A stretch of 64,000 nucleotides of DNA from assembly GCA_963787445.1 (NCBI GenBank), contig CAWBCT010000005.1, forward strand, positions 256,001-320,000. Direction: 5' to 3'. Within the stretch, counting starts at the first letter, position 1; each line of letters starts with the position of its first letter. This stretch comes from an uncultured archaeon (lineage in GTDB: Archaea; Micrarchaeota; Micrarchaeia; Micrarchaeales; CABMGC01). The translations under genes and the position numbers were made by a program. The notes beneath the pieces were generated by a model. That model did no database searches and was not told where the DNA came from. It saw nothing but the letters and a program-made list of their open reading frames with translations. Shown here in pieces: positions 41,578-51,923 of this stretch.

Positions 41578-44500
41578 ATGAAACTCCAGATAGCGTTGGA
41601 ATTCGTAATAATGCTTGCGTTCATAACCGTGGTGTTCATCTTCCTTTTTGACGTGATAGCGACCCAGACCTCCCTCGTGATCAACCAGCAGGACTTCTCC
41701 CAGCTGCAGCTGATCGCCCAGAACATCGCGCAGCAGATAAACGTAGCCGCCAGCGCCGGCAACGGCTACTATGCCAACGTCCCACTGGTCGGGACTGTAG
41801 CCGTGCCCGTTTACAGCGTCAACATAACAAAGAACGGCGTGCTGACCGTGGGCACGCAGATCGGGTTGCAGACAACCTACGCCACGGTGTACACGAACGC
41901 CCGCAACATACTGTTCCAGGGCCCGGTGATCTCGAACTCGTTGAGCGCGAACTACATTGCCATTCAGAACTACTACGGCGCCATCTGCATCGACTACTCC
42001 TGCCCGCAGAACCAGACCCAGGTGGCGAGGTTCGGTGGGAGTGCGGGAGCCGGAATCATCAGCACCGGAGTGACCCTGATCCCCAACACCGCCACCCAGT
42101 TCTCTGTCTCGTTGTGGGTGAACCCCACGGCGAGTAGCCTGACAAGCGAGGGAATCCTGGCGGGTGAGAATACGGGCGTGGCAGTGACGGGTTATGGCGT
42201 ATTCGCTCTGGATGACGGCAGCGGGATAGTCTACTGTGGGCATGTTGGATACTCAAACGTTAATTCGGGTGCCAACACCCTAACGCCAGGAACCTGGTAT
42301 AACCTGATTTGCACCTGGTCCAGCACCGCGGCCACGTTGTACCTTAACGGCAGGGTTGTGGGCACGTCTACATTCACGCTGGGTTATCCAAACCTGCCAT
42401 TCACCATGGGGGCGGCAACGGGCCTGTCCGACTTTTTCAACGGTTCGATAGCGAATGTTCAGGTCTACAGCACCGCCCTATCTTCAACGCAGGCGTCACA
42501 GCTCTACCAGGGAGGCATTGCGAGTAGCCCAGTCAGCAACGCGATCCTCGCCGGCTGGTGGCCGCTGAACGGAAATGCGAACGACTACAGTGGCAACAAG
42601 AACAGCGGCGTTGTTCAGAACGCGTACTTCGAGCCCGCATTGCAGGCCAGCCTGGTTGGCTGGTGGCCGCTCAGCCAGAACTACGGCAGCAAGGCCTACG
42701 ACCTCAGCGGCTACAATAACACGGGATTCCTGACGAACACGGCGTGGTCCTATCCGCAATACGTTGGAAATTTCAACGGGACTAGCGGATATATTAGTGT
42801 TGCAAATAATGCGAATTTGCATTTTTCAGGACCTTTTACGGTTTCGGCGTGGGTTTACATACCGGCTTCGCAGGTGTATAACGCGATGAGCGCAGACCCC
42901 ATGATCATCGGTGACTATAATGGCGAGTGGGAGGGGTATAAATTATCTATAATCTCAGGTAGAATCCCGTATTTCGAAGTAGGTAGACTGAGTGACCATA
43001 CTGTTAGCGGGGTGTATCAACCGTCCGAACCGTTAGCATTGAATACTTGGTATTATATTGTCGGCGTTTATAATGGGACAGGACCAAGCATCTTTGTTAA
43101 CGGTGTGAAAGTTGCGGGAGCAACTTACTCGCCCATACAAGCTGAAGTTTCAGGTACGACTATTGGAAAGGCACAGTGGTATAGCTCATATTTCAATGGT
43201 TCCGTAGCAAATATTCAGTTGTACAATGCGGCCCTTACCAACAACCAAGTGTACAGCCAATATAAGGCTGGAATTTCGGGTGCCCCTATCGGTGGTGTAG
43301 GAAACGTAGCTTGGTGGCCACTTAACGGCGATGCAAAGGACTACAGCGGATACAATGACAATGGAGTGACTAATGGTGGTGCTTACTTTGCTCAACCGAA
43401 CTTGGCTTTGACCAACCCGAATACAACAACCTTCTCTGCGGGCGTTTTCAACGGTGTGAACAGCTATGTGAGCACTGGCACAAATGGTTTGCCGCTTGGC
43501 TCTGCCCCGAGGTCCGCTTTTGCCTGGATATGGATAGCTGACTCTGCAGAGCATAACGTTTTTACCTATGGAAGTCAGGCAACGTCCGGATGGGTCGCGC
43601 TTGAAATTCTGGCTTCCGGAGGCGGCCTAACCTTCAACGAATACAGCTACGCGTTTACGAGCGCGTTGGTACCCACAATAGGTGCATGGCATTTTGTGGG
43701 CTACACTTACTCTGGAGGGACTTCTGTAACACTTTATCTTGATGGCCAATCTCAAACGGGAACAATAAATACGCTAAATACGGTCTTGGGTTCAGATCCC
43801 TCAGACATAGGAAAAATATCGAATAACTACCCGGGCCCTTATTGGTTCAAGGGCCTTATCTCCAACGTCCAAATCTACAACACCTCACTATCCGCAAGCC
43901 AAACAAAGCAACTGTATAATGAAGGTATTCAGGGGCCTCCTGTGCCTGGTGCAGGATTAGTGAGCTGGTGGCCATTGACCGGAAGCGCGGCGGATTATGG
44001 ACTCCGTGGGAATAACGGCGCTGCGACTAACGTGATATACGGCTCTTACTCGCTTCCGCAGCCCGGACTGCTTCAAGGTTCTCTGGCGGGAAGCGGCGCA
44101 AACTTCAACGGTGCGAACAGCCTCATGAACCTTAAGCAACCGCAGAACGATGAACCGACCAATGCCATGACTCTATTCGCTTGGATAAAGCCCGCGTCCA
44201 CGGCAGTAGGGACAATCATCTCAAGAAATGGGCCGTTCTATCTCGCCTTCGGAAATTCCCAGATCGGTGGTTCAGATTGCGTTGGAGGAGGCGTATACAC
44301 CGGAGTCTGGACATGGCTGTGTGGAAATACCAAAATACCAATAAATACCTGGTCTCAGGTTGCTGTAACCTACAATGGCGCTAAAGAGGTTGTGTACCTA
44401 AATGGGATTGCAAACGGTGCAGTATCCGTTCCGGGTTCGACATGCGGGGGCCTATGTCCTACTGGCTCGGTTCTTTGGATTGGTTGGGGTGATCCCGGTT

Positions 44501-45591
44501 ACAACCAGTACTTCAACGGCTCGATAGCGAACGTCCAGATGTACGATACCGCGCTCTCGCCACTCCAAATATATGCACTATACAAGGGTGCGATTCTCTC
44601 GCCAAACACACCCTCGGGCAACAAGGCGATATACACGGTGCCGATAGAGCTCACAAACTCCCAAACGTCTGCGACAGGCGGCGACTTCCAGCAGATGCTT
44701 ACGGTAAACAGCCTAGCCTACCAGAACTATATAACTCCGGGCTGGACGAACGTCGAGTTCACGACCGGGCCGCAGGCGACCGGTGCCGTGTTGCAGGCGT
44801 GGGTTGAATCTAATGCAACCAACACCGCAAAAAACACGATTGTCTGGGTCAACGTCTCGGGAGGCATCCAGGCAAGCTCTAGCATCGTGATATACATGAA
44901 CATTATGGCGAACCCGGTGATGTCTGCGCAGGGCCCGACGGGAGAAGCACCTCAGCTTTCTTTGATCTATGGGCAGAACGACAACGGCGCTGGTGTCTTC
45001 AACTTTTACGATGACTTTGCCGGAAGCTCCCTAAATCCGAGGTGGTCAAGCGTTGGCTCGTTCAGTGTGAATAACGGTTTAACACTAACCTTAGGCGAAG
45101 GGGAGTACGCGGCCATTGCCCCAAACGCTGCAGGCATGATTTTGGAGTCAAACTACAAAGTCGGTGTGGTTTCAACCGACACGGATTATGAAATTGGGCT
45201 TGGCTTTGGCGGAGTGACCAGCGGATTTCAGACGAGTGGATATTCAGGATATAACTTCGGGTCGGCATCTGACAACGTTCAGGGCGAGCTGAAGTATCTT
45301 GGTGGTCAAAACGTGGTTAGCTCGTCGACCACACCGACTCCGACGAGTGGCATCACCTATAAAAGTACTTTCCAGTGGGCTGGAAGCACGCAGACAGGCA
45401 CTCTCACAACTCCGACGAATGTGTATTCGTCGTCAGGATCAGACTCGACTTACACACTCGGACAAGTGACAACGATCTATCTTATGCAGTACGGCATAGG
45501 AAGCCCGAGTACCACTACCTATTGGATTAGAGCCAGAGCCTACCCGCCCAACGGAGTGATGCCCACAACAACCTTCATCGCAAGCTCCTAG
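41578..45591 (+). CDS. Large pilin-anchored adhesin: 4 LamG/ConA-like domains + DUF2341-like C-terminus
   Basis: MKLQIALEF N-terminus; repeated FNGSIANVQ.Y..AL and GWWPLNG..DYSG; FQQML..NVEFT..FYDDF.G..WIRARAYPPNG. Confidence 0.85.
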   Translation: MKLQIALEFVIMLAFITVVFIFLFDVIATQTSLVINQQDFSQLQLIAQNIAQQINVAASAGNGYYANVPLVGTVAVPVYSVNITKNGVLTVGTQIGLQTTYATVYTNARNILFQGPVISNSLSANYIAIQNYYGAICIDYSCPQNQTQVARFGGSAGAGIISTGVTLIPNTATQFSVSLWVNPTASSLTSEGILAGENTGVAVTGYGVFALDDGSGIVYCGHVGYSNVNSGANTLTPGTWYNLICTWSSTAATLYLNGRVVGTSTFTLGYPNLPFTMGAATGLSDFFNGSIANVQVYSTALSSTQASQLYQGGIASSPVSNAILAGWWPLNGNANDYSGNKNSGVVQNAYFEPALQASLVGWWPLSQNYGSKAYDLSGYNNTGFLTNTAWSYPQYVGNFNGTSGYISVANNANLHFSGPFTVSAWVYIPASQVYNAMSADPMIIGDYNGEWEGYKLSIISGRIPYFEVGRLSDHTVSGVYQPSEPLALNTWYYIVGVYNGTGPSIFVNGVKVAGATYSPIQAEVSGTTIGKAQWYSSYFNGSVANIQLYNAALTNNQVYSQYKAGISGAPIGGVGNVAWWPLNGDAKDYSGYNDNGVTNGGAYFAQPNLALTNPNTTTFSAGVFNGVNSYVSTGTNGLPLGSAPRSAFAWIWIADSAEHNVFTYGSQATSGWVALEILASGGGLTFNEYSYAFTSALVPTIGAWHFVGYTYSGGTSVTLYLDGQSQTGTINTLNTVLGSDPSDIGKISNNYPGPYWFKGLISNVQIYNTSLSASQTKQLYNEGIQGPPVPGAGLVSWWPLTGSAADYGLRGNNGAATNVIYGSYSLPQPGLLQGSLAGSGANFNGANSLMNLKQPQNDEPTNAMTLFAWIKPASTAVGTIISRNGPFYLAFGNSQIGGSDCVGGGVYTGVWTWLCGNTKIPINTWSQVAVTYNGAKEVVYLNGIANGAVSVPGSTCGGLCPTGSVLWIGWGDPGYNQYFNGSIANVQMYDTALSPLQIYALYKGAILSPNTPSGNKAIYTVPIELTNSQTSATGGDFQQMLTVNSLAYQNYITPGWTNVEFTTGPQATGAVLQAWVESNATNTAKNTIVWVNVSGGIQASSSIVIYMNIMANPVMSAQGPTGEAPQLSLIYGQNDNGAGVFNFYDDFAGSSLNPRWSSVGSFSVNNGLTLTLGEGEYAAIAPNAAGMILESNYKVGVVSTDTDYEIGLGFGGVTSGFQTSGYSGYNFGSASDNVQGELKYLGGQNVVSSSTTPTPTSGITYKSTFQWAGSTQTGTLTTPTNVYSSSGSDSTYTLGQVTTIYLMQYGIGSPSTTTYWIRARAYPPNGVMPTTTFIASS

Positions 45592-45594
45592 AAT

Positions 45595-46293
45595 CTACTT
45601 CCGTGCCTGGCGCTTCTTGGGCTTCTTGTCAATCTTGGCGTAGAGCTTCTTCACTTCGTCCTCGTCGGGCCCGTCCTGCTTCTTTTTAGACATGAACATG
45701 CCGAAGACGAGGACGAAGATCGCGGCTATGAAGAGGAGCGCAGGGGCGATGCTGCCCTGGAGCGAGGTCTGGAGTCCGGAACCGGCAACCGACGAAAGAG
45801 GTATTACGGTGTAGGAGTAGCTGACGTTTACAGGAACGGCCCTGGCATTCGCGAAGAGGAAGTAGTAGGTTCCCCGTAGGAGGACGCTGGAGTTGCCGCT
45901 TGAGAACGTTGGAGGCGCAATCCCGTAGGAGGAGTAATTGGACACGTAGGGGGTGCTGCCCTTTGTTGCGTTAAGGGTCGCACTGATAAGGCCAGGTACG
46001 CTCAGGTTCTGTGAAACCCGATAGTACAGCGAACCCGCCCCCTGGGCGGTCAGGTAGTTTGCGCCGGATGAGTTGAGCAGGTAGAAGTTTATCGTGTTTG
46101 ACGAGGCGTAGGAGAGGACCAGCAGGCTGGACTGGTTAAGGGCTACCTGGCCGGAGGCGTAGCCGTTTGACGCCACTGAGACGGTGGAGCTGGAGGTGGC
46201 ATTGAACGTCGGGAGCGAAGGTGCCGATGATACCCCCCAGAGAAGCGAGGCTAGGATCATAAGCACGCCTAGCGCGAGTACTCTCCTGTCCAT
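45595..46293 (-). CDS. Secreted/membrane-anchored hypothetical protein
   Basis: Signal peptide, Ser/Asn-rich body, C-terminal TM plus basic tail. Confidence 0.7.
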   Translation of the reverse strand: MDRRVLALGVLMILASLLWGVSSAPSLPTFNATSSSTVSVASNGYASGQVALNQSSLLVLSYASSNTINFYLLNSSGANYLTAQGAGSLYYRVSQNLSVPGLISATLNATKGSTPYVSNYSSYGIAPPTFSSGNSSVLLRGTYYFLFANARAVPVNVSYSYTVIPLSSVAGSGLQTSLQGSIAPALLFIAAIFVLVFGMFMSKKKQDGPDEDEVKKLYAKIDKKPKKRQARK

Positions 46294-46366
46294 GCATTAT
46301 CACGAGTATACTACCATGTAAAGCATAATAAATTATACGCACACTAAAGTATGTTTGTGTGTTCCC

Positions 46367-47518
46367 ATGCCTTCCGCTAAAGAAAACCCACTGCGCAGCC
46401 TGTACAAAAAAGAGCCGCAGCTCATTAACTACGGGATAATAGCCCTCGCCCTTGTGGTAGTGGCGGTGGTGCTCACTTTCGCCCACGGGGGCGGAGCCGG
46501 GGTGGGCCAATGCAACGGGATCCTGCTTTCCTCATATCGGTACGGGTGCCTAGGCGCCCTTGCTATCTCGTCCAACAACTATACGCTGTGCAGCGGACTC
46601 CCGTCGCAGTACTCCGACGCATGCTTCACTGCAATAGCGCAGAACACGGAGAACCAGACGCTATGCAACAGGCTCTCGACTCCGCAGGGCTCTTACAATT
46701 GCGCGTACGGGATCGCCAACGAGACCGGCTCCTACTCCGCGTGCACATCCCTTTCAGGAGGATCGGAGGACAATTGCCTCACATCCATCGGCGTCGCAAA
46801 GGCAGACGTAAACGCGTGCAACGACATTACAAACGCCTCGAACTCAATGGCCTGCAGATACTCCGTAGAGTTGCGCTCGGCATTGACGGCGGGCAGCCCG
46901 ATGGGATGCATACAGGTGACCAACAGCACCAACTCCTCCCTGACCGCAAGCGTGGCAGCCTACTCCGGCATATACCAATACAGCGGCGCCTCGGGGCGGA
47001 GTTCCGGCCTCGGCGGGGCGCTCTCCTCTTTCCAGCAGTCCGCAGACTACGTGCAGTTTCTGCCCAACGTGTCCTACAGCCCGCGGGACCTCTGCTATCT
47101 TTATTTTGCATCGGCAACAGGGAACGCCACCTACTGCGGCCGCGTCCCGAATTTCACAGTTTCAAGGCTGTGCAACGAGAGCGTCGAGTCGCAGCTGGCG
47201 CAGGAGATAACGCAGTCGAACCTTGGAGGTAAAGTCGGGGTCAACTCGACCGCCCTAGGCAATCTGACCAACATATCGGCCGCAGAGTGCGCAAACCTTA
47301 CGCTGTCAAAAAGTACCTGCAACGCGCTTTCGAAGATCTACAACGCGGTCTCCACGCGAAACCAGAGCGCCTGCGCGGCCCTTGCCGGAACGTACCAGTA
47401 CCAGTGTTACTCGTCCCTGGCGAGGGCCTACCAGAACTCAACCTACTGCGGCTACATAAGCAACGCCAGCGCGAACGGCGCGTGTGTCGACGATGTATAT
47501 TACAATAATACAATTTGA
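46367..47518 (+). CDS. Cys-repeat extracellular protein
   Basis: N-terminal TM then repeated C-x9-C-x12 units with many N-glycosylation sequons. Confidence 0.75.
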   Translation: MPSAKENPLRSLYKKEPQLINYGIIALALVVVAVVLTFAHGGGAGVGQCNGILLSSYRYGCLGALAISSNNYTLCSGLPSQYSDACFTAIAQNTENQTLCNRLSTPQGSYNCAYGIANETGSYSACTSLSGGSEDNCLTSIGVAKADVNACNDITNASNSMACRYSVELRSALTAGSPMGCIQVTNSTNSSLTASVAAYSGIYQYSGASGRSSGLGGALSSFQQSADYVQFLPNVSYSPRDLCYLYFASATGNATYCGRVPNFTVSRLCNESVESQLAQEITQSNLGGKVGVNSTALGNLTNISAAECANLTLSKSTCNALSKIYNAVSTRNQSACAALAGTYQYQCYSSLARAYQNSTYCGYISNASANGACVDDVYYNNTI

Positions 47519-47527
47519 GCGGATTGG

Positions 47528-48928
47528 ATGCATGCGGTAGTCAGTTGCATAAAGCAGGTAGGGGGAGGCAGGCGCTATTACTGCGTGGCCTCCGATGGGA
47601 GCAGCATAAGGACGCTGGAGATAGCCTGCGCGGCGGAGCTGAAGCTGGGCGACCTTGTGGATGTATTTGAGGAGGGCACCGGGAAGTACCTGGCGGAGGG
47701 CTACGCCGAGGCGGCGGAGATTCTCAGGTCTGTTGACAAACTGCTGAAGGAGACGATGAAGGTACGCCCCTACAGCTCGGGAATTGGGAATGCTGACCCG
47801 GTGATAAAGGCGATGTGGCCGCAGCTGACCCTGGGCGCCCAGCTCCTGCTGAGGAAGCTCGTGCTTGGCATCCCGATCATCGTCAGGTTCCACAACGACG
47901 CGGACGGGGCTACCGGGGCATATGCGCTGTACAAGGCGCTGCTCTCCCTGCAGCAGGGTGGAGCCGTCTCTGGAAAGCACAACATCCGCTGGCTGATGCA
48001 CAAGAGCGTGGTCTACGACACGACCGACGCAAGCTATGACATGATGGCGCTGAACGACTACTCTGCGCTGGAGAAGCCGCTGCTGACGATCATAGACTTC
48101 GGCACTTCGGAGGGGAGCAACAGGGGGATCAAGGTCCTGGAGGGCAGGCCCGAGGTGCTGTGGCTTGACCACCACCCGATAGAGCAGGGGTTCATCGGCC
48201 CCACGCTGCAGTACTACATGAACCCGTGGCAGTTTGGGGGCGACTCAAACATAACAGCGGGTTTCCTTGTGGCGGTCTTCGCAAAGACCTTCTCAAACAT
48301 CGATACGAAGGAGATAGAGAACGCCTCATTCATAGGCGATTACAGCTCCTACGCTGACAAGCGCGCGCCCGGGGCGGAGCTCTCCGCGTTTCTTGACATG
48401 GTCACTAGCGACGTCCGGATTGCGGTGGGGGGCACCTCCAAGAACATAACGCCGAGCGAGATAGACGCCATAGTCTCGGACAGGGCAAGGTACGCCGAGC
48501 TCCTCGAGTACGCAAGAGGCAAGATGGCCGAGGCGATAGAGAATGCGAAGAAGGAGATGAAATCCCATAACGCGGGCGCCGGAACCATCTACGTCTCCGA
48601 CTTCGAGACCCTGCGCGATGACAGCACGCGCTATCCGCTTCCGGGGAGGTTCTCCTCAAAGCTCCTCGAGGCGCTTAGCCTGGAGAGCAGCAAGCCCTGC
48701 GTCCTGCTGCTCCACTTTGGCTCCTTCATCTCCGTGCGGGTGGACAACCGGATCTCCGAGAGGGTGAACATACTCCAGATAATCTCAGGGCTGAAGGAGA
48801 CCCATCCGGATGAGATAGACAGCGGGGGCGGGCACAGGAGCGCGGCGAGCATAAAGCTGGTGGAGGGGACGGACAAAAAACAAGCTATAAAAGAGCTTGT
48901 TTCCATAATAAAGTCGAAGCTCGGCTAG
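47528..48928 (+). CDS. RecJ-like DHH/DHHA1 phosphoesterase
   Basis: HNDADG, IIDFG, LDHH, SGGGH..AAS. Confidence 0.85.
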   Translation: MHAVVSCIKQVGGGRRYYCVASDGSSIRTLEIACAAELKLGDLVDVFEEGTGKYLAEGYAEAAEILRSVDKLLKETMKVRPYSSGIGNADPVIKAMWPQLTLGAQLLLRKLVLGIPIIVRFHNDADGATGAYALYKALLSLQQGGAVSGKHNIRWLMHKSVVYDTTDASYDMMALNDYSALEKPLLTIIDFGTSEGSNRGIKVLEGRPEVLWLDHHPIEQGFIGPTLQYYMNPWQFGGDSNITAGFLVAVFAKTFSNIDTKEIENASFIGDYSSYADKRAPGAELSAFLDMVTSDVRIAVGGTSKNITPSEIDAIVSDRARYAELLEYARGKMAEAIENAKKEMKSHNAGAGTIYVSDFETLRDDSTRYPLPGRFSSKLLEALSLESSKPCVLLLHFGSFISVRVDNRISERVNILQIISGLKETHPDEIDSGGGHRSAASIKLVEGTDKKQAIKELVSIIKSKLG

Positions 48929-48946
48929 TCTGGTGAAAGTGATACG

Positions 48947-49786
48947 ATGAGTGAGGAAGTCGCACAGGTGAACAAGCAGAAGAGGCGCAGGAGGGAGGTC
49001 TATGTGGCAATTCTGGCCATCATAGTCATAGTCGCAGCGGCGCTCATACTTACGCAGCAGCAAAAGGTCGACATCCAGGCGGCGAGCTATGATAATCTCC
49101 TGGTGCCGAGCGGGTTGCTCGCGCAGCTCAACATCTCCAACAGCATGGCCAACCAGGTGGGCATAGGCACGGCAAACTACGAGGGACTGGTAAGGATAAG
49201 CGGGAAGAACCTGACTACGCTCAACGGGAAGCCGGAGATACTTTACCTTGGTGCAGATTACTGTCCGTTCTGTGCTGCTGAACGGTGGGGGGTGGTGATA
49301 GCCCTGATGCGCTTCGGCACCCTGACGAACCTCCACTTCATGACCTCCTCGGCAACCGACTACTCGCCCTCAACCCCGACCTTCACCTTCTACAACTCGA
49401 GCTACTCAAGCCCGTACATCTCTTTCGTGAGCGTGGAGCAGACCACGAACCAGCCGCAGGGCAACAACTATGCGCCGCTGCAGCAGCCGAACCAGTCTGA
49501 ACTCAACCTTGCCGCTGTCGGCGGCTATACGGGCAGCATCCCATTCATAATGTTTGCGAACCGGTCGGCGATAACACTCTCCAACTACGACCCGCTCACC
49601 GTGCTCGGAGGGAAGAACTGGACGACCATAGCCCAGGATCTCTACAGCCCGGGCTCGCTCCAGTCAAGCTCGATAATAGGGACCGCGAACCTGATCACGT
49701 CGCAGATCTGCAGGGCCACGAACGAGACGCCTGCGTCCGTCTGCGACCAGCCCTATGTGACGCAGATACAGAAGCTAGTGGGATAG
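48947..49786 (+). CDS. DUF929 family membrane-anchored thioredoxin-fold protein
   Basis: GADYCPFCAAERW, PTFTF, SIPF. Confidence 0.9.
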   Translation: MSEEVAQVNKQKRRRREVYVAILAIIVIVAAALILTQQQKVDIQAASYDNLLVPSGLLAQLNISNSMANQVGIGTANYEGLVRISGKNLTTLNGKPEILYLGADYCPFCAAERWGVVIALMRFGTLTNLHFMTSSATDYSPSTPTFTFYNSSYSSPYISFVSVEQTTNQPQGNNYAPLQQPNQSELNLAAVGGYTGSIPFIMFANRSAITLSNYDPLTVLGGKNWTTIAQDLYSPGSLQSSSIIGTANLITSQICRATNETPASVCDQPYVTQIQKLVG

Positions 49787-49796
49787 GGACGAGCGA

Positions 49797-50213
49797 ATGG
49801 CAATAAAAGTAAAACACGTAATGATGGTCCTGGCGGTGCTGGGGCTGCTGGTCTCAGTCTACCTCACGCTCTACCACTACGCGGGAATACCTCTGCTCTG
49901 CTCGGAGAGCGGGATTATTAACTGCAATAACGTGCTGAACAGCTCCTACTCAATACTTTTTGGCGTGCCGATAGCCGTCTACGGGATAGTCTTCTTCGTT
50001 GTGGAGATCCTCCTGCTCCTCAAGCTCCACAGCAGGCTGAAGGACAAGGACCTGATTGTCATATACAACACGCTCGGCATAGCCTTCGTGGTCTATTTCG
50101 TCTACACCGAGTACGTCATAGGCAACGTCTGCATCTTCTGCACAGCAGTTCACGTGATAACGGTAGCCCTGTTCATCCTCTCATTCTTCGAGAACGAGCG
50201 GATCCTGCTATAG
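49797..50213 (+). CDS. Vitamin K epoxide reductase (VKOR) family protein
   Basis: C....INC..VL.S.YS..FGVP, CIFC. Confidence 0.92.
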   Translation: MAIKVKHVMMVLAVLGLLVSVYLTLYHYAGIPLLCSESGIINCNNVLNSSYSILFGVPIAVYGIVFFVVEILLLLKLHSRLKDKDLIVIYNTLGIAFVVYFVYTEYVIGNVCIFCTAVHVITVALFILSFFENERILL

Positions 50214-51758
50214 GGTGTGCTGGCTGTTGGAGGCGGGGACGGGATTCTTCAGTGCAAGCGCCCGGTTTGCGGAGCGTATCAGCTCCATCATCCTGAGCTC
50301 CCTGGTGCGCGAGATCTGCAGGTACACCTCATCCTTCGTGTTCCTCGCAATCAGTATGTAAACATCACCGTCCCGGAAGCGGCCTGTTCGCCCCTTTCTC
50401 TGTATGTTGCGTATCTCGTTCGGGATGGGCTCGTAGAAGATGACCGCGTCGACGCTGGGAATGTCAAGGCCCTCTTCGGCTATGGAGCTGGCAATGAGTA
50501 CATCGAAAACTCGGTTGCGAAAATCTGTTATTATTCCTTTCTGGATCTCCTGGGTTACACCTTCTCCCTTCCCTATGAACGGCCTTGCCCTGAAGCCGTT
50601 GTTTGAGATGAACTCGGTCAGCATCTTCACCGTGGAGCGGTACTGCGCGAAGACTATCACGCTCTTGCCGCGATACTGGCGGAGCGTGTCCAGCACTGCA
50701 AAGACCTTCGAGTGCTCCTCACCGCGTTCAATCGCAGCCTTCGCCAGGGCGCGCGCCTTGACTAGGTTGGGGGTCTTGAGCAGGTTCTCGATGCCGCGGC
50801 TCTTCTTCTCCCTCTTCTCAAGGCCGTCGAAGTAGAGCGAGAACGGGTAGATGCCCTCGCTGCGAAGCAGGTCGTAGGCGTGCGTCAGGTTAAGCAGGCG
50901 GGTGTAGCTGAACATCGCGCCGTAGCGGTAGTTTATGTCGCGTATCTTGCATATCTGGTCGCCCGCCTGGAGTATCCGGCCTTTCGGTATGGTGTCAAAG
51001 TTCCTGAAGCGGAGCAGTCCTACCTTGTTCAGGCTCCTCAGGCTCTGCTCTGCCTCCGGCGCCAGAAGGGCTGAGATCTCGCGTATGCTGTCGTTAAGGT
51101 CCACGTAGGCGGTGTGGATGTTGTGCGCCATCACGTACGGAGCAACGTCAGGGTCGCTGGAGATCTTCACCTCGATGTAGCGGATGTTCAAAGAGGCCAC
51201 CAGCGCGTCTATTCTCTCCTTCTTGCTGCCGGGAGAGGCAGTAAGGCCGACTATCTGCACACTGCGCAGGGTGCACTCATTTGCTATGTAAGTATAAGCA
51301 TAGCGCCCTACTGCGCGGTGGCACTCGTCAAATATCACGCAGCCGAACTCCTCAAGCGAGACGGTCGCGTCTTTGAGGTCGTTTGCGAACGTCTGCGGCG
51401 TTGCTATGATGACTTTCGCGTTCTTTTCAAGCTCCTCGCGCTTCTTCTTGTTTACGCTGCCTATCAGAAGTAGCAGTTCCTCGGGCTTTATCTTCAAAAG
51501 TTTCGTAAAGGTAGTGTGATGCTGCTCTGCAAGGGGCTTGGTTGGCGCAAGGAAGAGCACCTTCTTCCCTTTTGAGAGCGTGATGGAGGCCATGATTGCT
51601 GCAATCATCGTTTTTCCAAGACCAGTTGGAAGCACGACGAGCGTGTTGCCGTGCGCGAGTATGGAGTTCACTATGTTCAGCTGGTAGATTCTGAGTTCTA
51701 TTCCCTTTGAATCAAGATAATGCGAGGCTGCACCAATTTTGCCCCATTCGTCGCCCAT
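50208..51758 (-). CDS. Hef/FANCM-like SF2 helicase (no ERCC4 nuclease domain)
   Basis: LPTGLGKT, DECHRA, GLTASPG, EEGLDI, QRKGRTGR. Confidence 0.92.
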   Translation of the reverse strand: MGDEWGKIGAASHYLDSKGIELRIYQLNIVNSILAHGNTLVVLPTGLGKTMIAAIMASITLSKGKKVLFLAPTKPLAEQHHTTFTKLLKIKPEELLLLIGSVNKKKREELEKNAKVIIATPQTFANDLKDATVSLEEFGCVIFDECHRAVGRYAYTYIANECTLRSVQIVGLTASPGSKKERIDALVASLNIRYIEVKISSDPDVAPYVMAHNIHTAYVDLNDSIREISALLAPEAEQSLRSLNKVGLLRFRNFDTIPKGRILQAGDQICKIRDINYRYGAMFSYTRLLNLTHAYDLLRSEGIYPFSLYFDGLEKREKKSRGIENLLKTPNLVKARALAKAAIERGEEHSKVFAVLDTLRQYRGKSVIVFAQYRSTVKMLTEFISNNGFRARPFIGKGEGVTQEIQKGIITDFRNRVFDVLIASSIAEEGLDIPSVDAVIFYEPIPNEIRNIQRKGRTGRFRDGDVYILIARNTKDEVYLQISRTRELRMMELIRSANRALALKNPVPASNSQHTL

Positions 51759-51832
51759 GCAACCACACAGCTTTTAATATTATAGAACATATACATTAAA
51801 GCCTAAATAGTTTAGATGGTAGGCACTATTGC

Positions 51833-51906
51833 GCCGCTGTAACTCAGCCCGGGAGAGTGTCCGGCTGAAGACCGGACTGTCGTCGGTTCAAATCCGACCA
51901 GCGGCA
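51833..51906 (+). tRNA. tRNA-Phe(GAA)
   Basis: GCCGCTG/CAGCGGC, TCCGG-CT-GAA-GA-CCGGA. Confidence 0.96.
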
Positions 51907-51923
51907 ATTATTTTATCTGCCCT

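Noticed and set aside
41299-42243. Long minus-strand ORFs over pilin/LamG genes (and similar ones over the kinase, RecJ-like gene and tes)
   Set aside because: GC3-driven antisense ORFs with no motifs.
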